DNA of 64,000 bases from Verrucomicrobiia bacterium (lineage in GTDB: Bacteria > Verrucomicrobiota > Verrucomicrobiia > Limisphaerales > UBA11358). Made by a program: the position numbers and the translations under genes. Every line of letters starts with the position of its first letter. The first letter of the stretch is position 1. The notes below the pieces were generated by a model, which was not told the DNA's origin, ran no database searches, and was given only the letters and a program-made list of their open reading frames with translations. Below, piece after piece: positions 1 through 8,652 of this stretch. Where the stretch lies: assembly GCA_036269115.1 (NCBI GenBank), contig DATAST010000063.1, positions 19,674-83,673 of the forward strand. Reading direction: 5' to 3'.

Positions 1-6
1 GCTGGC

Positions 7-1007
7 CTAGGCCTCTGCGCATGGCACGGCGCGATGAGGTCCTTGCCATTTCGGATCAAAGGCTTGGCCGTGCTTAAGGACTCCATAAATCAATCGCAGC
101 AGTTTGCGCATGGCGGCGCAGATCACCGTTTTGCCGCTTTTCCCCCGGGCGCGCAATCGCTCAGCCTGCGCGCGGATGATCGGGTTGGATCTGGAAGCGG
201 TGACCGCGGCCATGTAGAGCGCCGCTCGCAAGGGACGCGAGCCCATTTTGCTGACGTGCGCAACGCCGCGAACGCTTTTGCCGCTGTCTTTTTTGCGCGG
301 ATCCAGTCCAGCCAGGGCCACCGCTTGACCGGCGTGGTCCAATTGCTCAGGAGGAGGCAATTCGGCCACCGCAGTGGCAGCAGTGATGAGACCAACGCCG
401 CTGATCGTGTCCACCAATTCCACTTGCCGGTTCAGTTCCTGATGTTCTTTGAGGAATGTGGCGAGGGTGGCTTCGATTTCTTGGATGGTTTTGTCGAGTT
501 GGCGAACGTGACGCCGGAGCAGCCGGGCCAGAGTTTTGGATTCGGTATGCAGACGATTTTGCAGACGCGAGCGTTGGCTGACCAGAAATTGACGCAGGCG
601 GGTCAGTTCTTGCAATTGCCGCCGCTCGGGGGGAAGAGGCGTCCAAAGCCGGGGTTTCTGGGTGGCGCAGAATCGGGCAATGATCTGGGCGTCAAGCGCG
701 TCGTTTTGGGTGCGCACCAGCAGGCTATCAGCATAGCGGCGGATGCGGCGCGGATTGACCACGCTGACCTGATGCCCTTGCTGATGGAGAAAAGCGGCCA
801 GGGCTTCGCCGTAACGGCTAGTGGCTTCCATGCAGGCATGCACTTGAGGGCACCCTCCTGGCGCAGCCAGCGCTGGAGTTGCTTGAAGCCAGTCGGGCTG
901 TTGGGGAACTGGTGTTGGGCAAGCAGTTGATCTTGCTGTGGATGACGCAGGCAAACGTCGAACTTGTCTTTGCTGATATCAATGCCAAGAATGTAATAGA
1001 CTTTCAT
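7..1007 (-). pseudogene. IS110-family (DEDD/RuvC-like + Tnp) recombinase, split by a single-base frameshift at ~848-850
   Basis: The N-terminus MKVYYILGIDISK (ATG at 1007) lies in ORF 603..1025. VHACMEAT, NDALDA, SGVG, KDSGKS, LRAALYMAA and AAMRKLL lie in ORF 7..954. Adding one C to the minus-strand GCCC run joins the frames (GAPQVH). Confidence 0.9.
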
Positions 1008-1039
1008 GTTATTGGATACGGACATGAGGTCTGGCTTGG

Positions 1040-1200
1040 GGAGGCTTCGGGCGCGAACTGGCTTGTAGAGGATCTGACGTGCATACAGGCACGCCGATCT
1101 GGATACGGTTCGTTCTGGCCGAAGACGGAGAGCTGGGTCCGATCTCCGCAGGAGCTCTTGTGGCTCAAGCGCGGCTTGGGTTTACCCAGCTCCCCTCCTC
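1040..1200 (-). ncRNA. Putative IS110 bridge RNA (target-binding loop ~1128-1195, donor-binding loop ~1054-1118)
   Basis: Two stem-enclosed internal loops each carry an inner hairpin. AGCCGCGCT (1168-1176) equals the left flank + core (1248-1256). CTACAAG (1062-1068) is the reverse complement of core + left end (1243-1249). Boundaries are approximate. Confidence 0.7.
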
Positions 1201-1332
1201 AAGCGTCCTCAAGGTGTCACCTTAATCGGCAACAGCCCAAACCTACAAGCGCGGCTGTGCTGAAAGCCAGCCGCAACGGCATAGCAAGCCGAAAATCCGA
1301 AAATCCACACCTCATCGCCAAGCCTCTTCGCT

Positions 1333-1515
1333 TAGAGCGTTTTAAAAAATAATGTGGCCGTTCGGAGCGAGGATTTTTGGTGTTTTGGCGAGGCTTCAGC
1401 GAAGGAGCATGTTTGAAAACCCTTTGACTAAAGCTGAAACGACGCCAAAACCCAAAAAGACCGCTTCCCCTTCTTTTTCTTCCCGAATGGCTACAGTATT
1501 GTTTAAAACGCTCTA
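1333..1515. mobile_element. MITE, copy 1 (179 bp plus TA duplication; IS630/Tc1-like signature)
   Basis: Terminal inverted repeats GAGCGTTTTAAA(A/C)AATA match at 16/17, with TA on both sides. Near-identical to 59351-59595 in the opposite orientation. Confidence 0.8.
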
Positions 1516-1708
1516 AACGGCTTCCTCCTGCGCCAGGCTTCGGCGGCGGGACGGCGGACGAGCCGGAGGGCAGCGCGCCTCGTGATGGGACATTGGCGCA
1601 CTGCGGCCACCGCGGTTCGCCAGATCGGAAAAGATGAAAAGGCAACATACCATTAGCCATCTCTGACCCATCTCTGACCTCTTCATGATGAGCACGTCTG
1701 TCCCCCGC

Positions 1709-1900
1709 AACCCGCAACGACTCTTTCAATTGTTTGGGATTGTAAAAGTTCAACGGCAACGCCTGCACTTGCGCGCCAAATGGATTTTCGCGATTCAAGG
1801 AGTTCGTCAGGGTGATGACAGCGTGACCCGCATCAAGCAAGCGGCGGGCGATGTAACGCCCGGGGTAACCAAACGCTCCTTTTACTACGGCAAGCTTTAT
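1709..1900 (-). pseudogene. 5' fragment of an NAD(P)-binding SDR/epimerase-like gene
   Basis: The frame reads (I)KLAVVKGAFGYPGRYIARRLLDAGHAVITLTNSLNRENPFG..., a Rossmann GxxGxxG-type start. The start codon is ATA and the homology stops after ~60 codons. Confidence 0.7.
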
Positions 1901-2124
1901 GAGAGACTTGCAGTGAATCTATCCTGATGGAGCTTGGTGATATCTATAATGATGGCGCCAAGAAGCGGAGGCCAAAAATTTCAAAAGAAAAACGACATAT
2001 TCGGTTCATAGCGAATGCAAAGGGACCTCGGAATCGTGACGTTTCATGGGGCAGCTTTCGTTTCAAAAGGACAATGCCATGGGTTGATCCTTTCACGACC
2101 GCATTGTACAGGATTGTTGTAATT

Positions 2125-2670
2125 CTATTGACTTGCTTCATTTGAGACGGACGCATTGGATACGTAAAAATCCCCGTCGGCTGACATTATAATCCAATTG
2201 GTACCTTGCCTCACCTCCAGGAGGCGGTCATGTCTGCGTGTCTGAGGTAACAGAATCGCTGACGTCCTATACAAAAAGTCCTTGTCCGTTGAGCTTAATA
2301 CACCAGTCTCTATATAATCAGACAAATTTGTAAACGTTGCATTTGGATGAGCCTCACAATAAGCATTTATCTTTATCCTCACAGTATGTATGGACGACAA
2401 AAACTCAGCGTAGCTATGCACGCCTCGATCAAAATTCCGCCAAGAATAAATGTGTAGCAACGTAGCCGATCCTACTATAAACATAACACATGCACCGAGA
2501 GCGCGCGCCTTGGTCGTTCTCGCGGCCCAGACCATTGTTATGGAAAACAACACACCGATAAAAATAGAAAACACACGAAGTGGGAATTGGTGTATCCAAA
2601 CGAGGTTGTAGAAAATATAGGCACAACTAAAGGCAAGTCCAAGCCAAAACAATATCTTGCGTATTTTCAT
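2125..2670 (-). CDS. Hypothetical membrane protein, candidate immunity protein for the upstream RHS toxin
   Basis: MKIRKILFWLGL... has about three hydrophobic segments plus a soluble C-terminal part. It is AT-rich and starts 7 nt after the RHS stop. Confidence 0.6.
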   Translation of the reverse strand: MKIRKILFWLGLAFSCAYIFYNLVWIHQFPLRVFSIFIGVLFSITMVWAARTTKARALGACVMFIVGSATLLHIYSWRNFDRGVHSYAEFLSSIHTVRIKINAYCEAHPNATFTNLSDYIETGVLSSTDKDFLYRTSAILLPQTRRHDRLLEVRQGTNWIIMSADGDFYVSNASVSNEASQ

Positions 2671-2677
2671 GTAAAAG

Positions 2678-4195
2678 CTAGCCCGCCGTAGGTATCCAAT
2701 CAGAATATACGGGCGGCAGTACGTTTGGAAATTCTTTGTTAACAGTGTCAATGAATATAAAGCTTGGAAATGGATATGTTGGATAAGCTGGATCGTTCAA
2801 ATTTTGATTAGTCGTCATGATATGCCACCTTTTGCACGGCCCGACGTGCACAATTTGCCCATCTTGAACACAGACGCGACAAACTTCAAAATGAAGACAC
2901 GTACTAAAAGCCCGTGGCTTATCATTGAAGAGCGCTGACGATTCTCCTGGAGGACCAAGCAGCGGCAAGGTGTCTCGGTAATACGGGGTGCTGCTGAAGC
3001 GCCCGCTGTCAACACGCGGAAACCCGCCGAAAGTTAAGCCTATTCCCTCGTCGTAGAGATTTCCGCCAATAACAACTTGGATGTATTTAATTGTTGTCCC
3101 ATGACAAGGGCGTGCATTCCAGGTGGTCACGCCGGTCGTAAGGCCGAAAGGATCGAACTGATTAATTTCCTCATTTCTGACCAAAGCGTACAAGTTCAGA
3201 CCGCCTCTTTCTTGAATGGGGTCCCTGTTTAGCCATCGTCCCAAGTTCGGATCATAAAAGCGTCTTTCGTAATAATATAACGCTGAATTATCATTCCAAT
3301 ACTTAGATGAAAACCGATACTTGTTAAAATTCATCAAAGGCCCGCTCATGGCAAGTGTGTTGCCGAAAGGGTCATAAAGATATTTTGCGGCAAGCTGCTG
3401 ATTCGGGAAAATGAGGGCAGTGACGTTGCCATTGCCGTCCGCGTGGTAAAACGCCGTAGTCGGTGCACCGGGAATCTCTTGACCAAAGGTCGTCCGCGCG
3501 AGCAACCCACCGATGCCGCCGGCACCTTGTAAGCTCCCGCTTAGGTCCAGCCCGCGTGAATAACTGACCATCGGAACGTTGCCCGCATTGCGTTCCTCGA
3601 TGACCACGCTTCCATCGTAAATGAAATGGACTTCATTGGTCAGCAGATACGAGTTGGAAGAAGGAAGATAGGCGTAATTGCGTTCGATTCTTCGGCGCAT
3701 CTTGCCGTCGTAAGCAAAACTGTTGCTCCAGACGTTGGTGAGCCATGCCGCAATCAATTCATTTTCGTCGTCATAGGCGAAATTCCTGTAGCCATCGTTT
3801 GTGAGATTGCCGTTCAGGTCATAACCGTACGTGTTTGTCCCGAGCAGGTTTACCGTGATCGAATTTGTCGAAAAGTTCAGGGAGCTGTCTTCGCCGATGG
3901 CTGCGTAAATGTTTACTCCGTTGGTTGGCGTGAATCCGCCCAAAGCGAATGTCCCGTCCGCGTAGCGATTAGCGGTCAAACCATTAACCGTCACGCTCGT
4001 GGCCGGAATTGTCGTTGTCCCGGCCACCGTGAGCGTTCCCTGGTTGGTGGCGATCGTCAATTCGTTCAGATTATTGACGTTAAACGTTTGGATCAGGGCG
4101 TTGTTTGTCCGGAAATTCGCCGAGGCAACGCGAGCCCGTCCAGTAAATGATCCAGAGTTTGCCATAACCAAGCCTTCATGTTCTTCCTCGCGCAA
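2678..4195 (-). CDS. RHS/YD-repeat protein, N-terminally truncated, with a C-terminal toxin-like domain
   Basis: YGYDLNGNL and YLYDPFG repeats, the core YYERRFYDPNLGRWLNRDPI...GGLNLY, and the DPFGL boundary followed by ~155 aa of unrelated sequence. Confidence 0.85.
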   Translation of the reverse strand: MREEEHEGLVMANSGSFTGRARVASANFRTNNALIQTFNVNNLNELTIATNQGTLTVAGTTTIPATSVTVNGLTANRYADGTFALGGFTPTNGVNIYAAIGEDSSLNFSTNSITVNLLGTNTYGYDLNGNLTNDGYRNFAYDDENELIAAWLTNVWSNSFAYDGKMRRRIERNYAYLPSSNSYLLTNEVHFIYDGSVVIEERNAGNVPMVSYSRGLDLSGSLQGAGGIGGLLARTTFGQEIPGAPTTAFYHADGNGNVTALIFPNQQLAAKYLYDPFGNTLAMSGPLMNFNKYRFSSKYWNDNSALYYYERRFYDPNLGRWLNRDPIQERGGLNLYALVRNEEINQFDPFGLTTGVTTWNARPCHGTTIKYIQVVIGGNLYDEGIGLTFGGFPRVDSGRFSSTPYYRDTLPLLGPPGESSALFNDKPRAFSTCLHFEVCRVCVQDGQIVHVGPCKRWHIMTTNQNLNDPAYPTYPFPSFIFIDTVNKEFPNVLPPVYSDWIPTAG

Positions 4196-4306
4196 CCGAG
4201 ACTTTGAGCTTAACAGAACGTTTTAATTTGTCCATTAGATTTCAAATACTTGAAGAAAATTGACATTGTTGTAAGGCGAAGGTGGAAGCCTCCGGGTTTA
4301 GGGAGG

Positions 4307-4349
4307 GTTCTAAAAAGTGTCAAAAGGTGGCAAATAAACCCGTTGAACA
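4307..4349. repeat. 43-bp dispersed repeat, copy A (copy B at 54103-54145)
   Basis: GTTCTAAAAAGTGTCAAAAGGTGGCAAATAAACC..TTGAACA is present at both sites. Confidence 0.85.
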
Positions 4350-4656
4350 TGGTCTGGGAGTGTGAGCATATGGGAGTGGGGACGAAACTAACGCCGAACG
4401 CCGAAGGAAGAAAAGGAAAAGTTGGAAGAGGAAACTGATTAAAATGAAGAACGTAGAAAAACAGAAGCAGCACGGCTCAAGAACCAACACAGCCGGACAC
4501 GGCAACGTGCGGCACTGGTGGGCCACACGCACCAGGGGCAGCGCCGCTGCGATCCGATGCTTTCACTCGCAGCTGGGACGGAGTGCGCTCCGGCCAGGCC
4601 CTTCGCCGCTATTCTCGGACCGCTTCAACGCTTTATCGCCAGTGGCGCTGCCACCA

Positions 4657-5055
4657 TTTCACCGCTCTTGCCGCGGCGTAGCGCAACGAAGACGGGTCAA
4701 CGGCCCGCACCGAACTGTCTCCGGGCAAAATGCAATGGACAATTCAATTCCGTCACAAGAATCATGACCATAAGATGTTATGCAGGCATGGAACAATTGA
4801 ATTGTCCCAAACATTCCCGATTGATGGGGGGACAGTTCTCTGCCAAAACGCCCTTCCAAATATCACAAATACAAGGCATTTCCGCTTTCATCCCTTCCCA
4901 TTCATCCCATCTGTCCCTTTTTCGCGGCCAAAACGCATCGGGACTGACAAATAGATGGCCGCAGACCAAAATCGCACTATCGTGCGGCGGGGCAGTTAGT
5001 GGCTTGTTTTTTGGGCGGTTTACCCCGGAAGGACACGCATGGCCGGATTCTGTGT
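4657..5055. repeat. ~400-bp non-coding dispersed repeat, copy A (copy B at 54414-54830)
   Basis: Long colinear high-identity match, with an internal 13-bp inverted repeat GGACAATTCAATT/AATTGAATTGTCC. Confidence 0.9.
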
Positions 5056-5700
5056 GCATATGATCTTGAGAATGAGGAAAACTGCCAAAACAAACAGGGA
5101 CGTTCCGCCCAGCCTATGCCGCCGCGGCAATACTTCTCTGCCCGCCCCTCCTGTCCGCTATAGCCGCAGTCGCGACGGCGGAAGCCTTGGCGAAGTTGGG
5201 TCATCCTCTTCCTCATCGTCATCGTCAATTCGTTCTTATGTCTTGTCGCGCCGTCTGCCCGTTTCAACGCTTCACCGCTTCAACGCCACGAACTGTTTCT
5301 ATAATCTTTCTTCACAGGTTTTCCCCTATTTCGAACTGTCCCACCTTCAAGCGAATGGGACAGTTGCTGGTTCGTCGCAAGAATTTAAAGAACAACAAGT
5401 TGCACGAAAATGGAGGATCCGAAACACAAAAAAAATTCCCGATTGATGGTGGGACAGTTCGCCTGGTCAATATCTTGACAAAAATAACAAAGAAGAGCTG
5501 CCGGATTCAAGCGAGCGAGCCAATCGCAGGTTTCCAAACCTGCGAGTCGTCCGAACGCAAGCGACTGCCGGGATTTTTCAGGTATATAGTTCAAACGCAT
5601 TGAAAATTTTCGAGAACGCCGCACAAAAGAGGTCGGCAATATTTTCCCACCACTTGCTTAGTCATTTCAGAAAGCCGCGGTTTTATTGGGTTTTTCACAC

Positions 5701-5716
5701 TGGCACCATCGTTGCT
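5701..5716 (+). promoter_or_regulatory. Sigma-54 promoter (-24/-12) of the flgB operon
   Basis: TGGCAC-catcg-TTGCT is an exact consensus, 22 nt upstream of the flgB ATG. Confidence 0.85.
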
Positions 5717-5738
5717 TAGCAATGGGTGGACGATTTTC

Positions 5739-6119
5739 ATGATCGACGCTTTGTTTAACCAACCGAATTATCTGGCGGCCAAAAAAACGCTGGATGCGGT
5801 GGTTCTGCGGCAGGAAGCGATCGCGAACAATATCGCCAATTTGGAAACGCCGGGCTACAAGCGCGTGGATCTTGCGCCGTCATTCGAAACGGAACTGGAG
5901 CGGGCCTGCGCCTCTGGCGATTCTGGAGATTTGAATTCACTGAAGCCCACGCTGGCCGTGGATTCTACGGCTACGGCGAGCAGTTTGGACGGCAATACGG
6001 TGCATTTGCAGAACGAGTTGATGGAAATGAATCAAAATGCGGTGGCGCATTCCCTTGAAACGCAGCTGATCAGCGGCACGTTGCAACGGATGCAGATGGC
6101 GATCACGGGCAAAGATTGA
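5739..6119 (+). CDS. flgB: Flagellar basal-body rod protein FlgB
   Basis: RQEAIANNIANLETPGYKRVD and LDGNTV motifs; first gene of the cluster. Confidence 0.95.
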   Translation: MIDALFNQPNYLAAKKTLDAVVLRQEAIANNIANLETPGYKRVDLAPSFETELERACASGDSGDLNSLKPTLAVDSTATASSLDGNTVHLQNELMEMNQNAVAHSLETQLISGTLQRMQMAITGKD

Positions 6120-6165
6120 AGATGAACACTTTTCATAGTTTGAGAATGAGGATGATAAGAGGTTT

Positions 6166-6594
6166 ATGATTCAAACCCTCACTGGCATCCAAAACACGGC
6201 GGCGGCGTTGTCCGCCGAACAAACGCGGCTGGATGTCATTTCAGAAAATATTGCCAATGCCAACACAACTCATGGGGTGGACGGCAAACCGTACCAACGG
6301 CAGGTGGTCGTATTCGAATCGGCCTTGCAGAACGCGATGAATGCTGATGGTGGCGTTCAAATGCCAGCGGTCCAGGTGGCGCGCATCGAAAAAGAGGATG
6401 TTCCTCCCATCAAAATTTATGATCCAGGCAATCCGGCCGCCGATGAGAGCGGCATGGTATCGATGCCGAACATTAACATTAACGAAGAAATGGCCGACAT
6501 GATTTCGGCCTCGCGCACGTATGAGGCCAATTTGGCTGTGGCAAAAAATGCCCGGACGATGGCCATGGAGACACTATCGATTGGTAAACACTGA
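6166..6594 (+). CDS. flgC: Flagellar basal-body rod protein FlgC
   Basis: RLDVISENIANANTT, PYQRQ, YDPGNP, MPNIN and SRTYEAN motifs. Confidence 0.97.
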   Translation: MIQTLTGIQNTAAALSAEQTRLDVISENIANANTTHGVDGKPYQRQVVVFESALQNAMNADGGVQMPAVQVARIEKEDVPPIKIYDPGNPAADESGMVSMPNININEEMADMISASRTYEANLAVAKNARTMAMETLSIGKH

Positions 6595-6636
6595 TCACCG
6601 GTACTATGAGAGCACGCTAAAGCGTGGACACCGAAC

Positions 6637-7011
6637 ATGACGCCACCGATTCCAGCGATAAATCCGGTTACAGGCGGCGGAATGCCGTTGAGCGCGATGA
6701 CGCCGGAAGCGACGCCGTTGCCCTCGGCGCGCATTGAAATGCCGGAGGAACTGAGGGAGGCGGCTCAAACCACGGCCGCTTCTCCGACGGCCGATTCCTT
6801 CTCGTCCATGTTAGGGCAGATGGTGTCTGACGTGAACACGCAGCAGAAAGTCTCCGCCCAGGCGGTCAGTGCTTTGCAGAGCGGGCAAAATGTGCCGCTG
6901 CATCAGGCGGTTATCTCTATGGAAGAGGCAAATGTGTCGTTTCAATTGATGGTAGAGGTCAGGAACCGGTTGATGGATGCATACCAGGAGATCATGCGGA
7001 TGCAGATTTAG
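6637..7011 (+). CDS. fliE: Flagellar hook-basal body protein FliE
   Basis: C-terminus VEVRNRLMDAYQEIMRMQI; start codon uncertain. Confidence 0.95.
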   Translation: MTPPIPAINPVTGGGMPLSAMTPEATPLPSARIEMPEELREAAQTTAASPTADSFSSMLGQMVSDVNTQQKVSAQAVSALQSGQNVPLHQAVISMEEANVSFQLMVEVRNRLMDAYQEIMRMQI

Positions 7012-7030
7012 TGTGCCGAGAAATTAGTCA

Positions 7031-8650
7031 ATGAATCAAAATCTTTCGAAATTGCTGGCGCAGTTGCGCGCCATTTGGAGCCAGCTTGGGGCCAGCCAGA
7101 AAATGACCGTGTTGGCGGCGACGTTTGTGCTCGTGGGCGGGTTGTCGGCGCTCTCCATATGGTCGTCCCGCGCCGACTATGGCCTGCTTTACGGCGGACT
7201 GTCCGACAGCGAAGCGGCCAAAGTCATTGCCGCGCTCGACGACGCCAAGGTCTCCTATAAAACCGGCAATGGTTCGATCTACGTTCCAACCGACAAAGTT
7301 TACACACTGCGGATGGAGCTGGCTGGAAAAGGCATTCCCAGCGGCGATGGCGTGGGATTCGAGATATTTGACAAGCCAAATTTTGGGATCTCGGACTTCG
7401 TGCAACACGCCAATTATACCCGTGCCATCGAGGGTGAACTGGCGCGAACGATCGGCCAGCTTGATGATGTGGAAGCCGCTCGGGTGATGATTGTGCAGCC
7501 GGAAAACCGTTTGTTGCTCGACAAAAGCACGTATCCCACGGCTTCGGTTTTTGTGCATGTGCGAAGCCATTCGGAATTGTCGCAGCAGTCCATCAATTCG
7601 ATTCGTTTTCTCGTGGCGAACTCGGTGGAAGGCCTTAAGCCCAACCACGTGGCGGTGGTGGACAATCTGGGCAACGTGCTCGCTGAGAATACCGACGATG
7701 GCTCGCTCACTGGCCTGACGGACACCCAATTGGCCGCGCGGCGCAATTTGGAACAATATCTGGCCAAAAAAGCGCAGGACATGCTTGAAAAAGTCGTCGG
7801 CCCCGGCCAGGCGGTCGTGCGGGTCTCGGCGGACATCAATTATGACACGATGACGCAGACGCAAGAGAAGTTCGACCCGGACGGCCAGGTCATCCGCACC
7901 GAAACTAAGAACGAAGAAAATAACGATTCCAGTACCGCGAACACGGCTTCAGGACCAGTGGGAATCACCGCCAACATCAACACGAACTCAACGCAAGCCG
8001 CAAACAGCCCGGTCAATAATTCCCAGAACCACAAGACCACTTCGACCACCGAATACGAAATCGGCAAGACGACGAGCAGCCTTGTCCAGAACGCCGGGGG
8101 GATCAAGCGATTGACGGCTTCGGTGACGGTGTCGGAGCAAATGGAAGGCACAGGCGCGGACCGCAAGCCAGTAGCGCGGACGCCCGAACAAATTGATGAA
8201 TTGACCAAGCTGGTGTCGAGTGCGCTCGGCATCGATGCGACCCGTGGCGACACAGTTTCGCTCGAAGAGCTGCCGTTTAATGATGACTACGCGACCGGCA
8301 TCACGACTGAGTTGAACAAAGAGCAGCAACAGGATTTTTGGATTGGCCTCGGGCGCAACGCCGTTTATCCGGTCCTGGGAATCGCAGCTTTGTTTGTTTT
8401 ACTGCGCACATTCAAGCGCACGCCCATCCAGGAAATTCCTATCGGTGTTCCCGTGGGCCGGCTCATTGCGAAACAAAATGGCAATGGCAATGGCAACGGC
8501 AACGGTCATGGGCATCACGGCGACGATTTCGAGCCCCAGCCGGGAGTTGTGACGGTGGAAGTTTTGAACCGTTTAATCAAAGAGAATCCCGCGAACATGA
8601 CCCAGGCCATTCGCGATTGGATGAATAAAGGCCGAACCTCGGAGAATTAA
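7031..8650 (+). CDS. fliF: MS-ring protein FliF
   Basis: GFEIFDKPNFGISDF, RAIEGELART, ARVMIV and ASVFV motifs; two TM segments. Confidence 0.97.
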   Translation: MNQNLSKLLAQLRAIWSQLGASQKMTVLAATFVLVGGLSALSIWSSRADYGLLYGGLSDSEAAKVIAALDDAKVSYKTGNGSIYVPTDKVYTLRMELAGKGIPSGDGVGFEIFDKPNFGISDFVQHANYTRAIEGELARTIGQLDDVEAARVMIVQPENRLLLDKSTYPTASVFVHVRSHSELSQQSINSIRFLVANSVEGLKPNHVAVVDNLGNVLAENTDDGSLTGLTDTQLAARRNLEQYLAKKAQDMLEKVVGPGQAVVRVSADINYDTMTQTQEKFDPDGQVIRTETKNEENNDSSTANTASGPVGITANINTNSTQAANSPVNNSQNHKTTSTTEYEIGKTTSSLVQNAGGIKRLTASVTVSEQMEGTGADRKPVARTPEQIDELTKLVSSALGIDATRGDTVSLEELPFNDDYATGITTELNKEQQQDFWIGLGRNAVYPVLGIAALFVLLRTFKRTPIQEIPIGVPVGRLIAKQNGNGNGNGNGHGHHGDDFEPQPGVVTVEVLNRLIKENPANMTQAIRDWMNKGRTSEN

Positions 8651-8652
8651 AA

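Larger units (their letters stand above)
1..1249 (-). mobile_element. IS110-family insertion sequence; left end at a CT core (1248-1249), right end outside the window
   Basis: The transposase is preceded by a ~240-nt non-coding end. Flank AGCCGCG+CT and end CT+TGTAG each match guide-like segments inside that non-coding end. Confidence 0.8.

Noticed and set aside
34-930. 298-aa + strand ORF opposite the IS110 gene
   Set aside because: Antisense shadow of the transposase, with no motifs.
1217-1840. 207-aa ORF on the - strand
   Set aside because: A chimera: only the first ~50 codons belong to the SDR pseudogene, and the rest reads through repeats and the MITE.
4270-4310. AAGCCTCCGG segment recalling a c-di-GMP-I riboswitch
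   Set aside because: The GGCAAACC/GNRA P2 element and tetraloop receptor are not present, and it is 1.4 kb from flgB.
5524-5545. Perfect 10-bp inverted repeat TCGCAGGTTT-CC-AAACCTGCGA as an enhancer for the flgB sigma-54 promoter
   Set aside because: The distance is plausible, but there is no counterpart upstream of flgF and it looks like a REP-type hairpin; not supportable.
4444-5639. Several 70-180 aa ORFs, with counterparts at 54158-54960
   Set aside because: They fall in repeated non-coding elements, and frames are not preserved between the two copies.
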